From: an uncultured delta proteobacterium | GTDB lineage: Bacteria; Desulfobacterota; Binatia; UBA9968 | Length of the DNA: 64,000 bases | Direction: 5' to 3' | Assembly (NCBI GenBank): GCA_963737905.1 | Contig: CAVTUQ010000022.1 | Coordinates: 138,061-202,060 of the forward strand | Shown here: positions 8,274-19,314 of the stretch, one piece after another | How positions within the stretch are numbered: the first letter of the stretch is position 1 | Layout of the letters: each line of letters opens with the position of its first letter | Made by a program: the position numbers and the translations under genes | Notes under the pieces: generated by a model | Database searches by the model: none | Told to the model about the DNA's origin: nothing | Seen by the model: only the letters and a program-made list of their open reading frames with translations

Positions 8274-10969
8274 ATGGCGCAGAAGTACGTCGACAGTTTC
8301 GGCACCCGTAAGACGCTAACGGTCGGCAATCAGAACTACGATATTTTCCGGCTCGATCTTTTGGAGAAAGCGGGCTTTAAGAACGTCTCCAAGTTGCCGG
8401 TCTCTTTGAAGGTCCTTTTGGAGAATCTGCTCCGCCAGGAAGACAATCATCATGTCAACAAAGGCGACATTCAAGCGCTGGCGAACTGGAGTCCCAAGGC
8501 GAAGCAGGACAAAGAAATCGCCTTTATGCCGGCCCGTGTGCTGATGCAGGATTTGACGGGTGTGCCGGCGGTGGTCGACCTGGCGGCCATGCGCGAGGCG
8601 ATGAAGCGGTTGGGCGGCGATCCCAAAAAGATCAATCCACTGGCACCCGTGGATCTGGTCATCGATCACTCGGTCCAGGTAGACTATTTCGGCACCTCGG
8701 ATGCCTTCCACAAGAATTCCCAAATCGAGTTCGAGCGTAACGTCGAGCGCTACGCCTTCTTGCGCTGGGGGCAGAGGGCTTTCGACAATTTCCGACTCAT
8801 CCCGCCGGATACCGGAATCTGCCATCAAGTCAATCTTGAATATCTGGCGCCGGTGGTGTTTCGCGCCAAGAAAGACGGCGCGATATTCGCCTATCCCGAC
8901 ACAGTCGTTGGCACCGATTCGCACACGCCGATGATCAACGGCTTGGGCGTGGTGGGTTGGGGCGTGGGCGGCATCGAAGCGGAAGCGGCGCTACTCGGCC
9001 AGCCGATCATCATGCTCATCCCTGAAGTCATCGGCTTTAAGCTTCACGGCAGGCTTCCGGAAGGCGCGACGGCCACCGACCTGGTGTTAACGGTCGTTCA
9101 GATGCTCCGTAAGAAAGGCGTTGTCGAGAAGTTCGTGGAGTTCTATGGATCCGGACTGTCGACCTTGAGCCTGGCCGACCGCGCGACCATAGGCAACATG
9201 GCGCCTGAGTACGGAGCAACGATCGGTTATTTCCCTGTCGACGACGAGACTCTCCGATATCTGCAGCTTACCGGCCGCGATCCTGAGCTGATCAAACTCG
9301 TCGAAACTTATGCCAAAGAGCAGGGGATGTTCCGCACGGATGCATCTCCAGATCCGATGTTCACGGACACACTGGAGCTCGATCTCGGCAGCGTGGTGCC
9401 GAGCCTGGCCGGTCCCCGAAGGCCGCAGGATCGCGTGCCACTGACGGAAAGTAAGGACGCGTTCAGGGAAGCGCTGCCGTCCTTAATGAAGAGCGGCGAC
9501 GTCGGCGAAAACCGTGGCCGTGCAGATGAACGGCGACAAATTCCAGCTAAAACATGGATCGGTTGTGATCTCCGCCATCACGAGTTGCACCAACACGTCG
9601 AATCCTTCGGTGCTGATCGGAGCGGGGCTGTTGGCAAGGAAAGCGGTCGAGAAAGGCCTCACGAGAAAGCCGTGGGTAAAGACTAGCTTGGCGCCGGGAT
9701 CTAAAGTCGTTACTGAATATTTAACGGACAGCGGTCTTCTAGCTGATCTAGAGAAAATCGGCTTTCATTTGGTGGGCTATGGATGTACCACGTGCATCGG
9801 CAATAGCGGTCCGTTGCCTGAACCCGTTGCCAACGCCATTCAAGAAGGCGATCTGGTGGCCGCTGCGGTTTTGTCCGGCAACCGCAATTTTGAAGGCCGC
9901 ATCCATGCTAGCGTGCGAGCCAATTATCTCGCGTCGCCGCCGCTGGTGGTGGCCTATGCGTTGGCTGGCAGCATGGATGTGGATCTATATAAGGATGCGC
10001 TGGGAAACGATTCTGAGGGCAACCCGGTTTATTTGAAGGACATCTGGCCGACTCCCCAGGAAGTCCAGGCGGTGATGAACAAGTCGGTGCGGTCCGAGAT
10101 GTTCAAGAAGGAGTACAGCCAGGCCACCGAGGGCGATGAGCGCTGGAAGTCGATGCCAGTGCCGGAGGGCGAACTCTTCAAGTGGGATGGGCAATCGACC
10201 TATGTGAGGGAAGCTCCCTATTTCGAGAATATGTCGAAGATTCCGGGAGAACCCACCGAAATCAAAGGGGCGCGTGTGTTGGCGCTGCTTGGTGACTCGG
10301 TCACGACGGACCACATCTCACCGGCGGGTTCCATCGAAAAGAACGGTCCAGCGGCGCGCTATCTCACGAATAATGACGTGGCGCAGAAAGACTTCAATCA
10401 ATACGGCGCCCGGCGCGGCAACCATGAGGTCATGATGCGCGGTACCTTCGCCAACGTCCGGCTGAAGAATGTTTTGGCGCCGGGGACCGAAGGGGGCGTG
10501 ACGGTACATCTGCCGGATAAGAAGCAGATGTCGATCTACGACGCCGCCATGCTGTATCAAAAGGAGGGCGTTTCTTTAATTGTGATCGCTGGCAAAGAAT
10601 ACGGAACCGGCTCGTCCCGCGACTGGGCGGCCAAGGGACCGCGTCTCCTCGGCATCAAAGCGGCGATTGCGGAGAGCTTCGAGCGTATTCACCGCAGTAA
10701 TCTGATCGGCATGGGGATCGTGCCCTTGCAGTTCAAGCCCGGCGAGAACCTCAAGTCCCTCGGTTTAACCGGATTCGAAAAGTTCGATGTCGTTGGCATC
10801 TCGGCCGGACTCAAGCTGCGACAGGAACTTACCGTCAAAGCGACCACCGACGACGGCAAGCTCACGGAGTTCAAGGTCATCTGCCGCATCGACACCCCGG
10901 CGGAACTGGATTACTACCGGCACGGAGGAATTTTGGAGTATGTGCTGCGGCAGTTGCTGCAGAATTTAG
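8274..10969 (+). CDS. acnA: Aconitate hydratase A (frameshift ~9504; stop probably masked by an extra T at ~10966)
   Basis: AAGGAG RBS; [90 protein letters not shown]. Confidence 0.92.
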
Positions 10970-11145
10970 CAGTTTCGAGGATGCGAGTATTGGAGTTAAT
11001 TCGAGATCTGAACCCGAAATTCGAGAGACTTACGGTAATGAGACGACGAGAAGCGCTGGCGACCATCGGCAAAACATCGCTGGCGATCCTGGCCGGAACT
11101 CATCCATCGATCATTCCGAACTTGCAAGGTGCTGAGAGGCCCGCT

Positions 11146-11955
11146 ATGACGACACCCAACCACATCCGGCATTACACCGCCAATAATCCCGGCATCATGA
11201 CTTTACAGGGGACAAACCAATACGTTGTCGGTAAAGAGAGCGTGCTGGTGATTGACGTGGCGCTGAGCGCGGACTCGAACATGGACGGAATCATCGAGCA
11301 AGCAGAGGCGATGGGTGCGAAGAAGATCGAGAAGATTCTGCTGACGCATATTCATAGCGACCACTGCGGCGGCGCCCTGGCCTTGAGAAAACGCTGCGGC
11401 GCGAAGCTGGGCATTCATCGCTCCCGCGCGGGGTATCTCGGCGGCGAGGACTTTCAATACGGCGACAACGATCGGATTGCATTTGGGGGAGGCGAGCTGC
11501 GAGTGCTTCACACGCCGGGCCATGAATCCGGCCACTGTTGTTTCTATGAGTCGGGGGACAAGGTGCTGTTTAGCGGCGACAATATTCTCGGCTACGGCAC
11601 GGCTGTGATTCGCCCGCCGGATGGCAACATGACGGACTACCTGAGCTCCCTGGAGCGATTGCTTGATTTCAATATCAACTTGATCCTACCCGGTCATGGC
11701 CCTCTCGTCGGCAAGCCCGAGGCGAAGATTAAGGAATACATCGAGCATCGTGTAATGCGCGAAAAGCAGGTGCTCGACGCATTGCGCAAAGGGCGCAACA
11801 CCATTGGTGATATCACCGAAATGATTTACGTGGGTGTTTCGCCTGCTCTCCAGCGGGTCGCGGAGTTTTCTGTCCAAGCGCACTTGGAAAAGCTGATGAG
11901 GGAGGGCCGGGTGAAAAACGAGGGCGGACGCTATCTGCTTCTAAGAGACACCTGA
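11146..11955 (+). CDS. Metallo-beta-lactamase-fold hydrolase, LACTB2-like, with C-terminal winged helix
   Basis: [37 protein letters not shown]; GAGAGG RBS before ATG 11146; alternative start 11038. Confidence 0.85.
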   Translation: MTTPNHIRHYTANNPGIMTLQGTNQYVVGKESVLVIDVALSADSNMDGIIEQAEAMGAKKIEKILLTHIHSDHCGGALALRKRCGAKLGIHRSRAGYLGGEDFQYGDNDRIAFGGGELRVLHTPGHESGHCCFYESGDKVLFSGDNILGYGTAVIRPPDGNMTDYLSSLERLLDFNINLILPGHGPLVGKPEAKIKEYIEHRVMREKQVLDALRKGRNTIGDITEMIYVGVSPALQRVAEFSVQAHLEKLMREGRVKNEGGRYLLLRDT

Positions 11956-12067
11956 GTCGGTCCTCTAACCGAGTCGAAGGGGATGACGGACTCGGTCTCC
12001 GTGTCCAAATGCTTCCGATGGCGAAGCGAAAAACAGTTCGGGCCGCCAGCCGGACAAGAACATCCAC

Positions 12068-12775
12068 CTACTTCTCCACGATAATGACCGGGAGGCCTGC
12101 TTGTGACAGCTGGCGTGCCCGTTCTTCGGCGGCGTTACGATTGGAGAAGGTTCCCAACTGAACCCGATAATAGGTGGCATCCTTTGCTTGCAGCGGGACG
12201 ATGAAAACTTCCGCATAAGAACTCGCGAGCCTGTCGCGCAGTTGTTGTGCATTCTCGATTTGGGAGAAAGATCCCAATTGCAAGGTATAGTCGAGAGAAG
12301 TGCGAATCGATTGAATGCCATTGGGACCGTCGATCACTTCAACGCGCACCGGGATCGTGCCGGGACCGATCATCCCGAGAGCTTTTCCTGCTCCATAGGA
12401 GAGGTCAATAATTCTACCCTTGGCAAAGGGACCGCGGTCGTTGATCGTGACTTCGGCGGAGCTGCCGGTTTCGAGATTAGTGACCATGACGCGAGTGCCG
12501 AGGGGTAATGTCTGGTGCGCTGCGGTCAGATCGTTCTGATCGTAGATGGCTCCACTAGCGGTCGCTTTCCCATGAAAACCTGGGCCGTACCAAGATGCGA
12601 TGCCCGTCTGGCTAACGCGGCCCGCGGAGGCCGGTGCGGGCGGCAACTTGACTCTAGACGGGGGCAGGGAACAGGCGGCGAGAAACAAGAACGGCAGGAA
12701 AAGCCACACAGACAGAGCATGAGATCGCAGAAGATTCAGCGATAGATTTCGTCGTGGTGCGGGTTCCTCGAACAT
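12068..12775 (-). CDS. rlpA: RlpA-family lytic transglycosylase lipoprotein with SPOR domain
   Basis: Lipobox LAAC; GIASWYG, TAAHQTLP, INDRGPF..GRIIDLS; C-terminal LQLGSF...YRVQLG SPOR domain. Confidence 0.9.
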   Translation of the reverse strand: MFEEPAPRRNLSLNLLRSHALSVWLFLPFLFLAACSLPPSRVKLPPAPASAGRVSQTGIASWYGPGFHGKATASGAIYDQNDLTAAHQTLPLGTRVMVTNLETGSSAEVTINDRGPFAKGRIIDLSYGAGKALGMIGPGTIPVRVEVIDGPNGIQSIRTSLDYTLQLGSFSQIENAQQLRDRLASSYAEVFIVPLQAKDATYYRVQLGTFSNRNAAEERARQLSQAGLPVIIVEK

Positions 12776-12835
12776 GGAAGCCCGGATTATAGCGAAAGAA
12801 GAAAAAGGAAAAAAGCCATCAACAGCGAAATGATT

Positions 12836-13408
12836 TTAGGATTCGGATAACAGCAGTCCGACTTGCATGGCGCCGTCGTCACGGTCCGGCACGGCTAGGT
12901 GATCCTTAGAGGGGATGAGTGTGCCAAAGACGATGTCGGCTAGCGGCAACACCACATTGAGATTATTGAAGTGTCGTTTGTGATGCATGTGGTGATGGGA
13001 GTCCAGCCAACGGAACCAGGCCGTCGTTTCCAACCAGCGTCGTTTGGGAATATGCATGCAGTAATGGAGATATTCATAAAGGAAATAATAGAGGGAAAGC
13101 GCCGACAAGGCGCCTACGAATAGGTCTGCTTCCAACACCTTTTGTAGCCAAAGAACGACGGGCGTGTGAAGCAAGATAATAAAAGGCGCGTTCCACCAGG
13201 CAAAGCGCACCTTTTGGATAACCTTCGCGTCGGGAAGAAAATACTGGGCGCCGGTCCGAAAAAGGCCGTGGTGAACCAACGCATGGGCGCGAAACGGATA
13301 TCGCCAAAGCGGCATGTGCATCAAATATTTATGCAGGGTCCACTCGAAGAAACTCGCATACACGAGGAAACAGAGGAAAGCTGTTGTCTCGCTGATGAGG
13401 ATGGTCAT
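12836..13408 (-). CDS. Fatty acid hydroxylase/sterol desaturase-superfamily di-iron membrane enzyme
   Basis: His boxes HKYLMH, HALVHH, HYCMH, HHHMHH; N.NV...D..FGT; AAAGGAG RBS before ATG 13408. Confidence 0.8.
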   Translation of the reverse strand: MTILISETTAFLCFLVYASFFEWTLHKYLMHMPLWRYPFRAHALVHHGLFRTGAQYFLPDAKVIQKVRFAWWNAPFIILLHTPVVLWLQKVLEADLFVGALSALSLYYFLYEYLHYCMHIPKRRWLETTAWFRWLDSHHHMHHKRHFNNLNVVLPLADIVFGTLIPSKDHLAVPDRDDGAMQVGLLLSES

Positions 13409-13717
13409 TGAACTCCTTTCAATCGCCCACACTGCGGTTATCCCTGCTTCTGCGCCTACAGAATAGAGTTCCGCCGCAGGCTGAGGTGGCAAGAATGTCT
13501 GGGAATCGCTTCGCAGGGAGAGGTCTATTAGACTCTTGAGCCGCTTCCGTCGCTATTTCAGACTGGATGATAAATTCAGAGAGCAATGTACGTGTTTTTT
13601 TTAAAGTCGTCAATCAAATCTCCAAACATTCCAAACATTAAGTCTTCGATTACGCCCGGTTTACGCAGCGGAGGCTTTGTGGTAGTTTAACGCAACTAAT
13701 TCAGGGAGTTGTTGTTT

Positions 13718-14464
13718 ATGTCCGGTCATTCGAAATGGAGCACCATCAAGCACAAAAAGGCGGCCAAGGACGCAAAGAAGGGAAGGCTCTTCACCAAGCT
13801 CATCAAGGAAATTACGGTGGCGGCTCGGGTGGGCGGCGGTGACATCAACTCCAACCCGCGTTTGCGCACGGCCGTGATCACGGCAAGAACCAACAGTATG
13901 CCGGGAGACAACATTGAGCGGGCGATCAAAAAGGGCACGGGAGAATTGGAAGGCGTCTCATACGAAGAAATCCAGTACGAAGGATACGGCCCGGGAGGCG
14001 CGGCCATCTTGGCGCAGGTGTTGACGGACAACAAAAACCGTACGGTCTCTGAGATACGGCGCTTGTTTGTCAAACACGGGGGAAATTTGGGAGAGACCGG
14101 TTGTGTGGCGTGGATGTTTGACAAAAAAGGTGTCATCACGGTGGAAAAATCACAAATCGATGAAGACCGCTTGATGGGTTTGGTGCTAGAAGCGGGTGGA
14201 GAAGATGTCAAGGACGAGGGTGATCTATTTGAAGTCGTGACCCAACCGGAGGACTTCGAAAGAGTCAAAGAAACACTCGACCGGGAAAAGATAGCTCTTG
14301 CTAGCGCGCAAATCACGATGGTCCCGAAAAATACGGTCACCGTCGGCGAAAAGCATGTGGAACAGATTCTCAAGTTGACCGAAGAGCTCGAGGATCATGA
14401 TGACGTGCAAAACGTTTCGGCAAATTTTGATATCCCCAGCGAGTACCTCGAAAAGGCGAGCTGA
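13718..14464 (+). CDS. yebC: YebC/PmpR-family protein
   Basis: [37 protein letters not shown]. Confidence 0.95.
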   Translation: MSGHSKWSTIKHKKAAKDAKKGRLFTKLIKEITVAARVGGGDINSNPRLRTAVITARTNSMPGDNIERAIKKGTGELEGVSYEEIQYEGYGPGGAAILAQVLTDNKNRTVSEIRRLFVKHGGNLGETGCVAWMFDKKGVITVEKSQIDEDRLMGLVLEAGGEDVKDEGDLFEVVTQPEDFERVKETLDREKIALASAQITMVPKNTVTVGEKHVEQILKLTEELEDHDDVQNVSANFDIPSEYLEKAS

Positions 14465-15042
14465 TGGAGAGAGCCCCGGACCGTTCGGCTCGCCGGGCCG
14501 TGATGAGTCGCAGAATCCTGGGCATCGATCCGGGATCGGTGGTGACCGGATGGGGCATCGTCGAGGCGGTCGGAAATTCCTTGAGTCATGTGGCCTGTGG
14601 CACCATCGCGACCGTCGGTGCCCAAGGGCAAGGGGCTCGGTTAAGCCGCATCTACAGAGGCATTCAGGAAATCATCGTGCGTTATCGTCCGCACGGAGTC
14701 AGTCTGGAAAAGGTTTTTTTTGCGCGCAATCCGCAAAGCGCTCTTAAACTCGGCCAAGCGCGCGGCGTGGCCTTGCTGGCGGCCGCAGAAAACCAACTGG
14801 ATGTCTACGAATACAGTTCAAACGAGATCAAGTCGGCGGTGGTCGGGTATGGCCATGCGACCAAAGAGCAAGTGCAGAAAATGATCGCGGCGCTTCTCCA
14901 TGTTTCAGAGAAGATGGCCGCCGATGCCGCCGATGCTTTGGCGGCCGCGGTTTGTCACGTTCATCGGCAGGCCTTTCAAGCCCGTATCGTAGAAGCTGCG
15001 CCGGACTGGCGGCCTGCGGTGCGCCGGCGCAGGGTGCCATAA
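14464..15042 (+). CDS. ruvC: Holliday junction resolvase RuvC
   Basis: ILGIDPG, E.VFF..N..SALKLGQARG, IKSAVVGYG.A.KEQV, DAADALA; start may be 14503. Confidence 0.95.
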   Translation: MERAPDRSARRAVMSRRILGIDPGSVVTGWGIVEAVGNSLSHVACGTIATVGAQGQGARLSRIYRGIQEIIVRYRPHGVSLEKVFFARNPQSALKLGQARGVALLAAAENQLDVYEYSSNEIKSAVVGYGHATKEQVQKMIAALLHVSEKMAADAADALAAAVCHVHRQAFQARIVEAAPDWRPAVRRRRVP

Positions 15043-15094
15043 GCGGCTCCGGTGATTGGGGAAGCCCTGTCCTGAGAGAAATCCAAGATTCACT

Positions 15095-15688
15095 GTGATT
15101 GCGCAAATTAGCGGAACCCTGGCGCATAAGTGGCCGGGAGAAGTCGTCGTCGATGTCGGGGGCGTCGGCTATCAGATATTTATCCCGCTCAACGTTTTCT
15201 ATCGACTGCCGGACGTGGGCGGTTCCGTCAGTCTTTACATTCATACTCATCTAAGGGAAGATGCGCTGCAGTTGTTCGGCTTTCGGGCAGCGGAAGAAAA
15301 ACAGGTCTTTCTGTTGCTTATCGGCGTTTCCGGCATCGGTCCCAAGTTGGCCGTCAATATTCTTTCTGGAATTCCGGCGGAGGAATTGGTACAGGCGGTC
15401 AAGGATGGCGATCAGCTGCGGCTGGTGTCGATACCGGGAGTCGGCAAAAAGCTCGCGGAACGTATGATCGTCGAACTCCGAGATAAATTCACGACGCTGC
15501 AGTCTCGGCCATCAGAAGCGGTTACTCAAAGCAATGATTCTCAACTCATTCAGGATGCGGTGTCGGCGCTGGTCAATCTGGGTTATAGAAAAGCGGAAGT
15601 CGAGAAAAACGTGCGCGAGATGAGCCAGACGGGCAAACGGACTTTGGAAGAAGTGATCAAGGACGTGCTCCGGCGAATGAGCCGCTAG
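15095..15688 (+). CDS. ruvA: Holliday junction DNA-binding protein RuvA
   Basis: [46 protein letters not shown]. Confidence 0.95.
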   Translation: MIAQISGTLAHKWPGEVVVDVGGVGYQIFIPLNVFYRLPDVGGSVSLYIHTHLREDALQLFGFRAAEEKQVFLLLIGVSGIGPKLAVNILSGIPAEELVQAVKDGDQLRLVSIPGVGKKLAERMIVELRDKFTTLQSRPSEAVTQSNDSQLIQDAVSALVNLGYRKAEVEKNVREMSQTGKRTLEEVIKDVLRRMSR

Positions 15689-15696
15689 AACCCGCT

Positions 15697-16767
15697 ATGC
15701 CGAAACTTGACGACAGGAGCGAGACCTCGATGCCGGCGCGACCCGTGGCGCCCAAGCTGGCCGAGGACGATGCCAACTATGACGTGAACTTGCGGCCTCG
15801 CGGTTTCGATGAATACGTCGGTCAGGAACAGGTGAAGGAGAATCTTAAAGTCGCGATTGCCGCGGCCCGCGGGCGCAACGATGTGTTGGATCATATTTTG
15901 TTTCATGGACCGCCGGGGTTGGGCAAGACATCGCTCGCCTACATTATCTCGCGGGAGATGGGCGTGAACATCAAAGCGACCTCGGGGCCGGTGGTGGAGC
16001 GCCCGGGCGATCTTGCCGCGCTGCTCACGAATCTCGAAGACGCCGATATACTTTTTATCGACGAGATTCACCGGCTGAACCACGTGGTGGAGGAGGTTCT
16101 TTACCCGGCCATGGAAGATTACCAGATCGATATCATGATAGGTCAGGGTCCTGCGGCCAGGTCGATGAAGCTGCCTTTAAAGCCGTTTACTTTGATCGGG
16201 GCAACGACGAGATCCGGTCTTCTTACCTCGCCGCTGCGCGATCGCTTTGGACAAATTTTTCGGCTGGACTTCTATTCCACTCAAGCCCTGGCACAAATCC
16301 TTAGGCGATCCGCCTCCATTCTGGGTGTCGCCGCAGAAGACGAGGGCACGACCGAGATCGCGCGCCGGTCCCGTGGCACTCCGCGAATCGCGAACCGGCT
16401 CTTGCGCCGGGTGCGCGATTTTGCCCAGGTCAAGGCGAGTGGCACGATCACGAAATCCGTTACCCAAGAAGCTCTGCAAATGTTGGAAGTTGACCCCATC
16501 GGTCTCGACAAAATGGACACGATGCTCCTCTTAACCTTGATCGACAAGTTTTCGGGCGGCCCTGTTGGAATTGAAACACTGGCGGCGGCGATCGGAGACG
16601 AAAAGGACACGATCGAGGACGTGTACGAGCCGTTCTTGATTCAAGCGGGGTTTCTCAAGCGAACGCCTCGCGGCCGGGTGGCGACGGAGCTGGCCTACGA
16701 ACATTTCGGGCGCAACCCCGCATCGCCAAAAGGAACCAGTTCGAAGAATCAACCCAGCCTGTTTTGA
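15697..16767 (+). CDS. ruvB: Holliday junction helicase RuvB
   Basis: [49 protein letters not shown]...RTPRGR. Confidence 0.97.
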   Translation: MPKLDDRSETSMPARPVAPKLAEDDANYDVNLRPRGFDEYVGQEQVKENLKVAIAAARGRNDVLDHILFHGPPGLGKTSLAYIISREMGVNIKATSGPVVERPGDLAALLTNLEDADILFIDEIHRLNHVVEEVLYPAMEDYQIDIMIGQGPAARSMKLPLKPFTLIGATTRSGLLTSPLRDRFGQIFRLDFYSTQALAQILRRSASILGVAAEDEGTTEIARRSRGTPRIANRLLRRVRDFAQVKASGTITKSVTQEALQMLEVDPIGLDKMDTMLLLTLIDKFSGGPVGIETLAAAIGDEKDTIEDVYEPFLIQAGFLKRTPRGRVATELAYEHFGRNPASPKGTSSKNQPSLF

Positions 16768-16814
16768 AATGGGTTGCGCGGCAGTAACAAAATAACGACG
16801 GGCGAAATACGCAA

Positions 16815-17027
16815 ATGACCGGATTGGGTAAGACGCTGATCTATATCGGAATCGTGTTGATCATTCTTGGACTGATCGTTTCGATGGCTGGCAAGATTCC
16901 CTGGTTGGGGCATCTTCCGGGCGATATCACCATCCAACGGGATCGGTTCACCTTCTATTTCCCATTGACCACCTGTATCCTTATCAGTGTGATTATAACG
17001 CTTGTCCTTTATTTCTTTAGACGGTAA
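16815..17027 (+). CDS. DUF2905-family small membrane protein
   Basis: Two hydrophobic segments around LGHLPGDI...FYFPLTTCIL. Confidence 0.85.
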   Translation: MTGLGKTLIYIGIVLIILGLIVSMAGKIPWLGHLPGDITIQRDRFTFYFPLTTCILISVIITLVLYFFRR

Positions 17028-17065
17028 AATTTGGCTGTCTTTTTCTCTCCTTAGAAAGTCTGCTC

Positions 17066-19297
17066 ATGGAAAGTTCGGGCACCGTCGAGTCGATCGAGGC
17101 ACGCCTCAAGCTGGAGGAAGCCAAGCGCCGCAAACGTGAGGGTTGGGTGATCCTTGCCACTACCCTCATGGTATTGGCGTTTGCGTTTTTTGAAGTGCAG
17201 TTGCCCGAGACGGCGCCAGAGTACTCTTTGGGCAACAATATCGCTTTCTTTCTCTTGATCAATGTGAACGTTATCCTCCTGGCGCTGCTGGTTTTTCTCG
17301 TTGTCCGCAACTTGGTCAAACTTGTCTTCGAACGCAAGAGAAGGATCCTGGGTTCACGCCTACGGGTGCGGCTAGTATTGGCATTTGTTGCGCTATCGCT
17401 TGTGCCCACGTTGCTGTTGTTCGTCATTGCGGGCGGATTCGTTACCCGTTCTTTTGAAAGATGGTTTGATCTTCAGGTGGAAAACGCGCTGCAAGGCTCC
17501 TTGGAGATCGGCCAGACTTATTATCAAAATTCGGCCAACAATGCCTTGTTCTATGCGCGGCAGCTGAGTCAACGCATGACTCGAGAGGGGCTCTTCGAGG
17601 CTCATCGACTTGGCGAGCTCAAGGAGTTCATCCAAAACAAACAGCAGGAGTATAACCTCGGAACCGTTGAATTGTTCTCGCCTGACTATCGATCACTGGT
17701 TGTCGCGTTCAACGAACAAGTACCGACGGGAGTCACCATCAAACCTGAAAAGGAGTTTCTGAATCGGGCGCTCCGGGGTCTGGAAGTGACGCGAACCCAA
17801 GCGTTTGGAGAAGGGGACATTATCCGTGGAGGCGTTCCGATCTATAGTGGGGACAAGCGCGTGCTCGGAGTCGTGGTGGTCGACTATTATGTGCCCAAAA
17901 GCATCACTAAAAGAGCCTTGCAAATTTCCCGTTCCTACGAACAGTACAAACATTTGATGTTTCTCAAGGCGCCGATCAAAAATAGCTATATTTTGACCCT
18001 TCTCCTCATCACGTTGGTGATTATCTTCGCGGCCACCTGGTGTGGGCTTTATCTTGCCAAAGGCATCACGGTCCCGATCCAAAAACTTGCGGAAGGAACC
18101 CATGAAGTTGCCCAGGGAAACTGGGACTACAAAATCGATTCCGGAGGAGACGATGAGATTGGGACTTTGGTGGAATCGTTCAACCAGATGACCCGGGATC
18201 TCAAGCAGATCAATTTAGAACTGGAACAGAGAAAGCGCTTTGTGGAGACGCTTCTCGCCAATATCACGGCAGGCGTGATCGCGGTGGATCCCGCGGGAAG
18301 AATTACGACGTGGAACAAGACCGCCGAGGAGATGTTGGGAGTCGAGGCGGTGGGCGTGCTCGGAAGAAATCAGGAAGAGGTCTTTCAGGGCGGACGGCTC
18401 CAAGTCATGCGCGACATCCTGGAAAGCGTGAAAGACCGGGAGAGCGTGGAGCGCCAAATTAAGATTCCTTTACCGGACCAATTGCTTACCGTGGTGGTGA
18501 CGGCGGCAACCTTGCGCGACGATGAGGGAAAGACCATGGGGGTCATGATCTTCCTCGAGGACATTACCCAGATTCAAAAGGTGCAGAGAATGGAGGCCTG
18601 GCGCGAAGTCGCGCGGCGCATTGCTCATGAGATCAAAAATCCGCTGACGCCCATCCAATTGTCCGCCGAGCGGCTCCGAAAACGGTACGCCAAATTGCTC
18701 GAGGGCAACGGTGCGGTTTTGGATAAGTGTACTTCGACCATCATCCAGCAGGTGGACGAGCTGAAAAATCTCGTCAATGAATTTTCTCATTTCGCTCGAT
18801 TGCCTGCGGCCCACCTCACCACTAACGACCTGAACGCGATCGTTCAGGAGTCTCTGTTTCTCTTCAAGGAAGGGCATGACAAACTCCACTTCCAATTTCG
18901 CAACGGAGATATCCCGCCGCTCGAATTGGACCGGGAACAGATCAAACGAGTGATTATCAATTTATTGGACAACGCGGTGGCGGCCGTAGGAGAAAATGGC
19001 GAAATCAGGATGACCACGAGTCATGATCCCTCTCGGGGAGTCGTCTTTTTAGAGGTCGCGGATAATGGCTGTGGTGTGGCGCCGGAAGTAAGAACCAGAA
19101 TTTTCGAGCCTTATTTTTCCACCAAAAAGAATGGCACTGGTTTGGGACTCACCATCGTCAGCCAGATCATCGAAGATCACCGGGGCTACATCCGGGTGCG
19201 ACCCAATGAACCCCAGGGGACCCGGTTGACGATCGAGTTTCCCGTGCCAACGGAGAGTCAGCTTGTCGAGAACAGGAAGAAGGCAATGCATTCTTAG
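17066..19297 (+). CDS. ntrY: NtrY-like sensor histidine kinase (TM helices, periplasmic domain, HAMP, PAS, HisKA, HATPase)
   Basis: WF...VE.AL, DEIG.L..SFNQMT, AWREVARRIAHEIKNPLTPIQLSAERL, NLLDNA, DNGCG, FEPYFSTK, GTGLGL. Confidence 0.9.
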   Translation: MESSGTVESIEARLKLEEAKRRKREGWVILATTLMVLAFAFFEVQLPETAPEYSLGNNIAFFLLINVNVILLALLVFLVVRNLVKLVFERKRRILGSRLRVRLVLAFVALSLVPTLLLFVIAGGFVTRSFERWFDLQVENALQGSLEIGQTYYQNSANNALFYARQLSQRMTREGLFEAHRLGELKEFIQNKQQEYNLGTVELFSPDYRSLVVAFNEQVPTGVTIKPEKEFLNRALRGLEVTRTQAFGEGDIIRGGVPIYSGDKRVLGVVVVDYYVPKSITKRALQISRSYEQYKHLMFLKAPIKNSYILTLLLITLVIIFAATWCGLYLAKGITVPIQKLAEGTHEVAQGNWDYKIDSGGDDEIGTLVESFNQMTRDLKQINLELEQRKRFVETLLANITAGVIAVDPAGRITTWNKTAEEMLGVEAVGVLGRNQEEVFQGGRLQVMRDILESVKDRESVERQIKIPLPDQLLTVVVTAATLRDDEGKTMGVMIFLEDITQIQKVQRMEAWREVARRIAHEIKNPLTPIQLSAERLRKRYAKLLEGNGAVLDKCTSTIIQQVDELKNLVNEFSHFARLPAAHLTTNDLNAIVQESLFLFKEGHDKLHFQFRNGDIPPLELDREQIKRVIINLLDNAVAAVGENGEIRMTTSHDPSRGVVFLEVADNGCGVAPEVRTRIFEPYFSTKKNGTGLGLTIVSQIIEDHRGYIRVRPNEPQGTRLTIEFPVPTESQLVENRKKAMHS

Positions 19298-19314
19298 ATG
19301 AATTTAGGAAGGCG

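Noticed and set aside
9514-11955. Apparent aconitase::MBL hydrolase fusion (813-aa ORF)
   Set aside because: Removing one T from CAG AAT TTA G gives LLQN-stop at the normal AcnA end; the MBL gene has its own RBS and ATG; and extra-base errors are common in this window.
13621-13639. TCCAAACAT x2 short repeat upstream of yebC
   Set aside because: Too short to distinguish from chance or slippage without comparative data.
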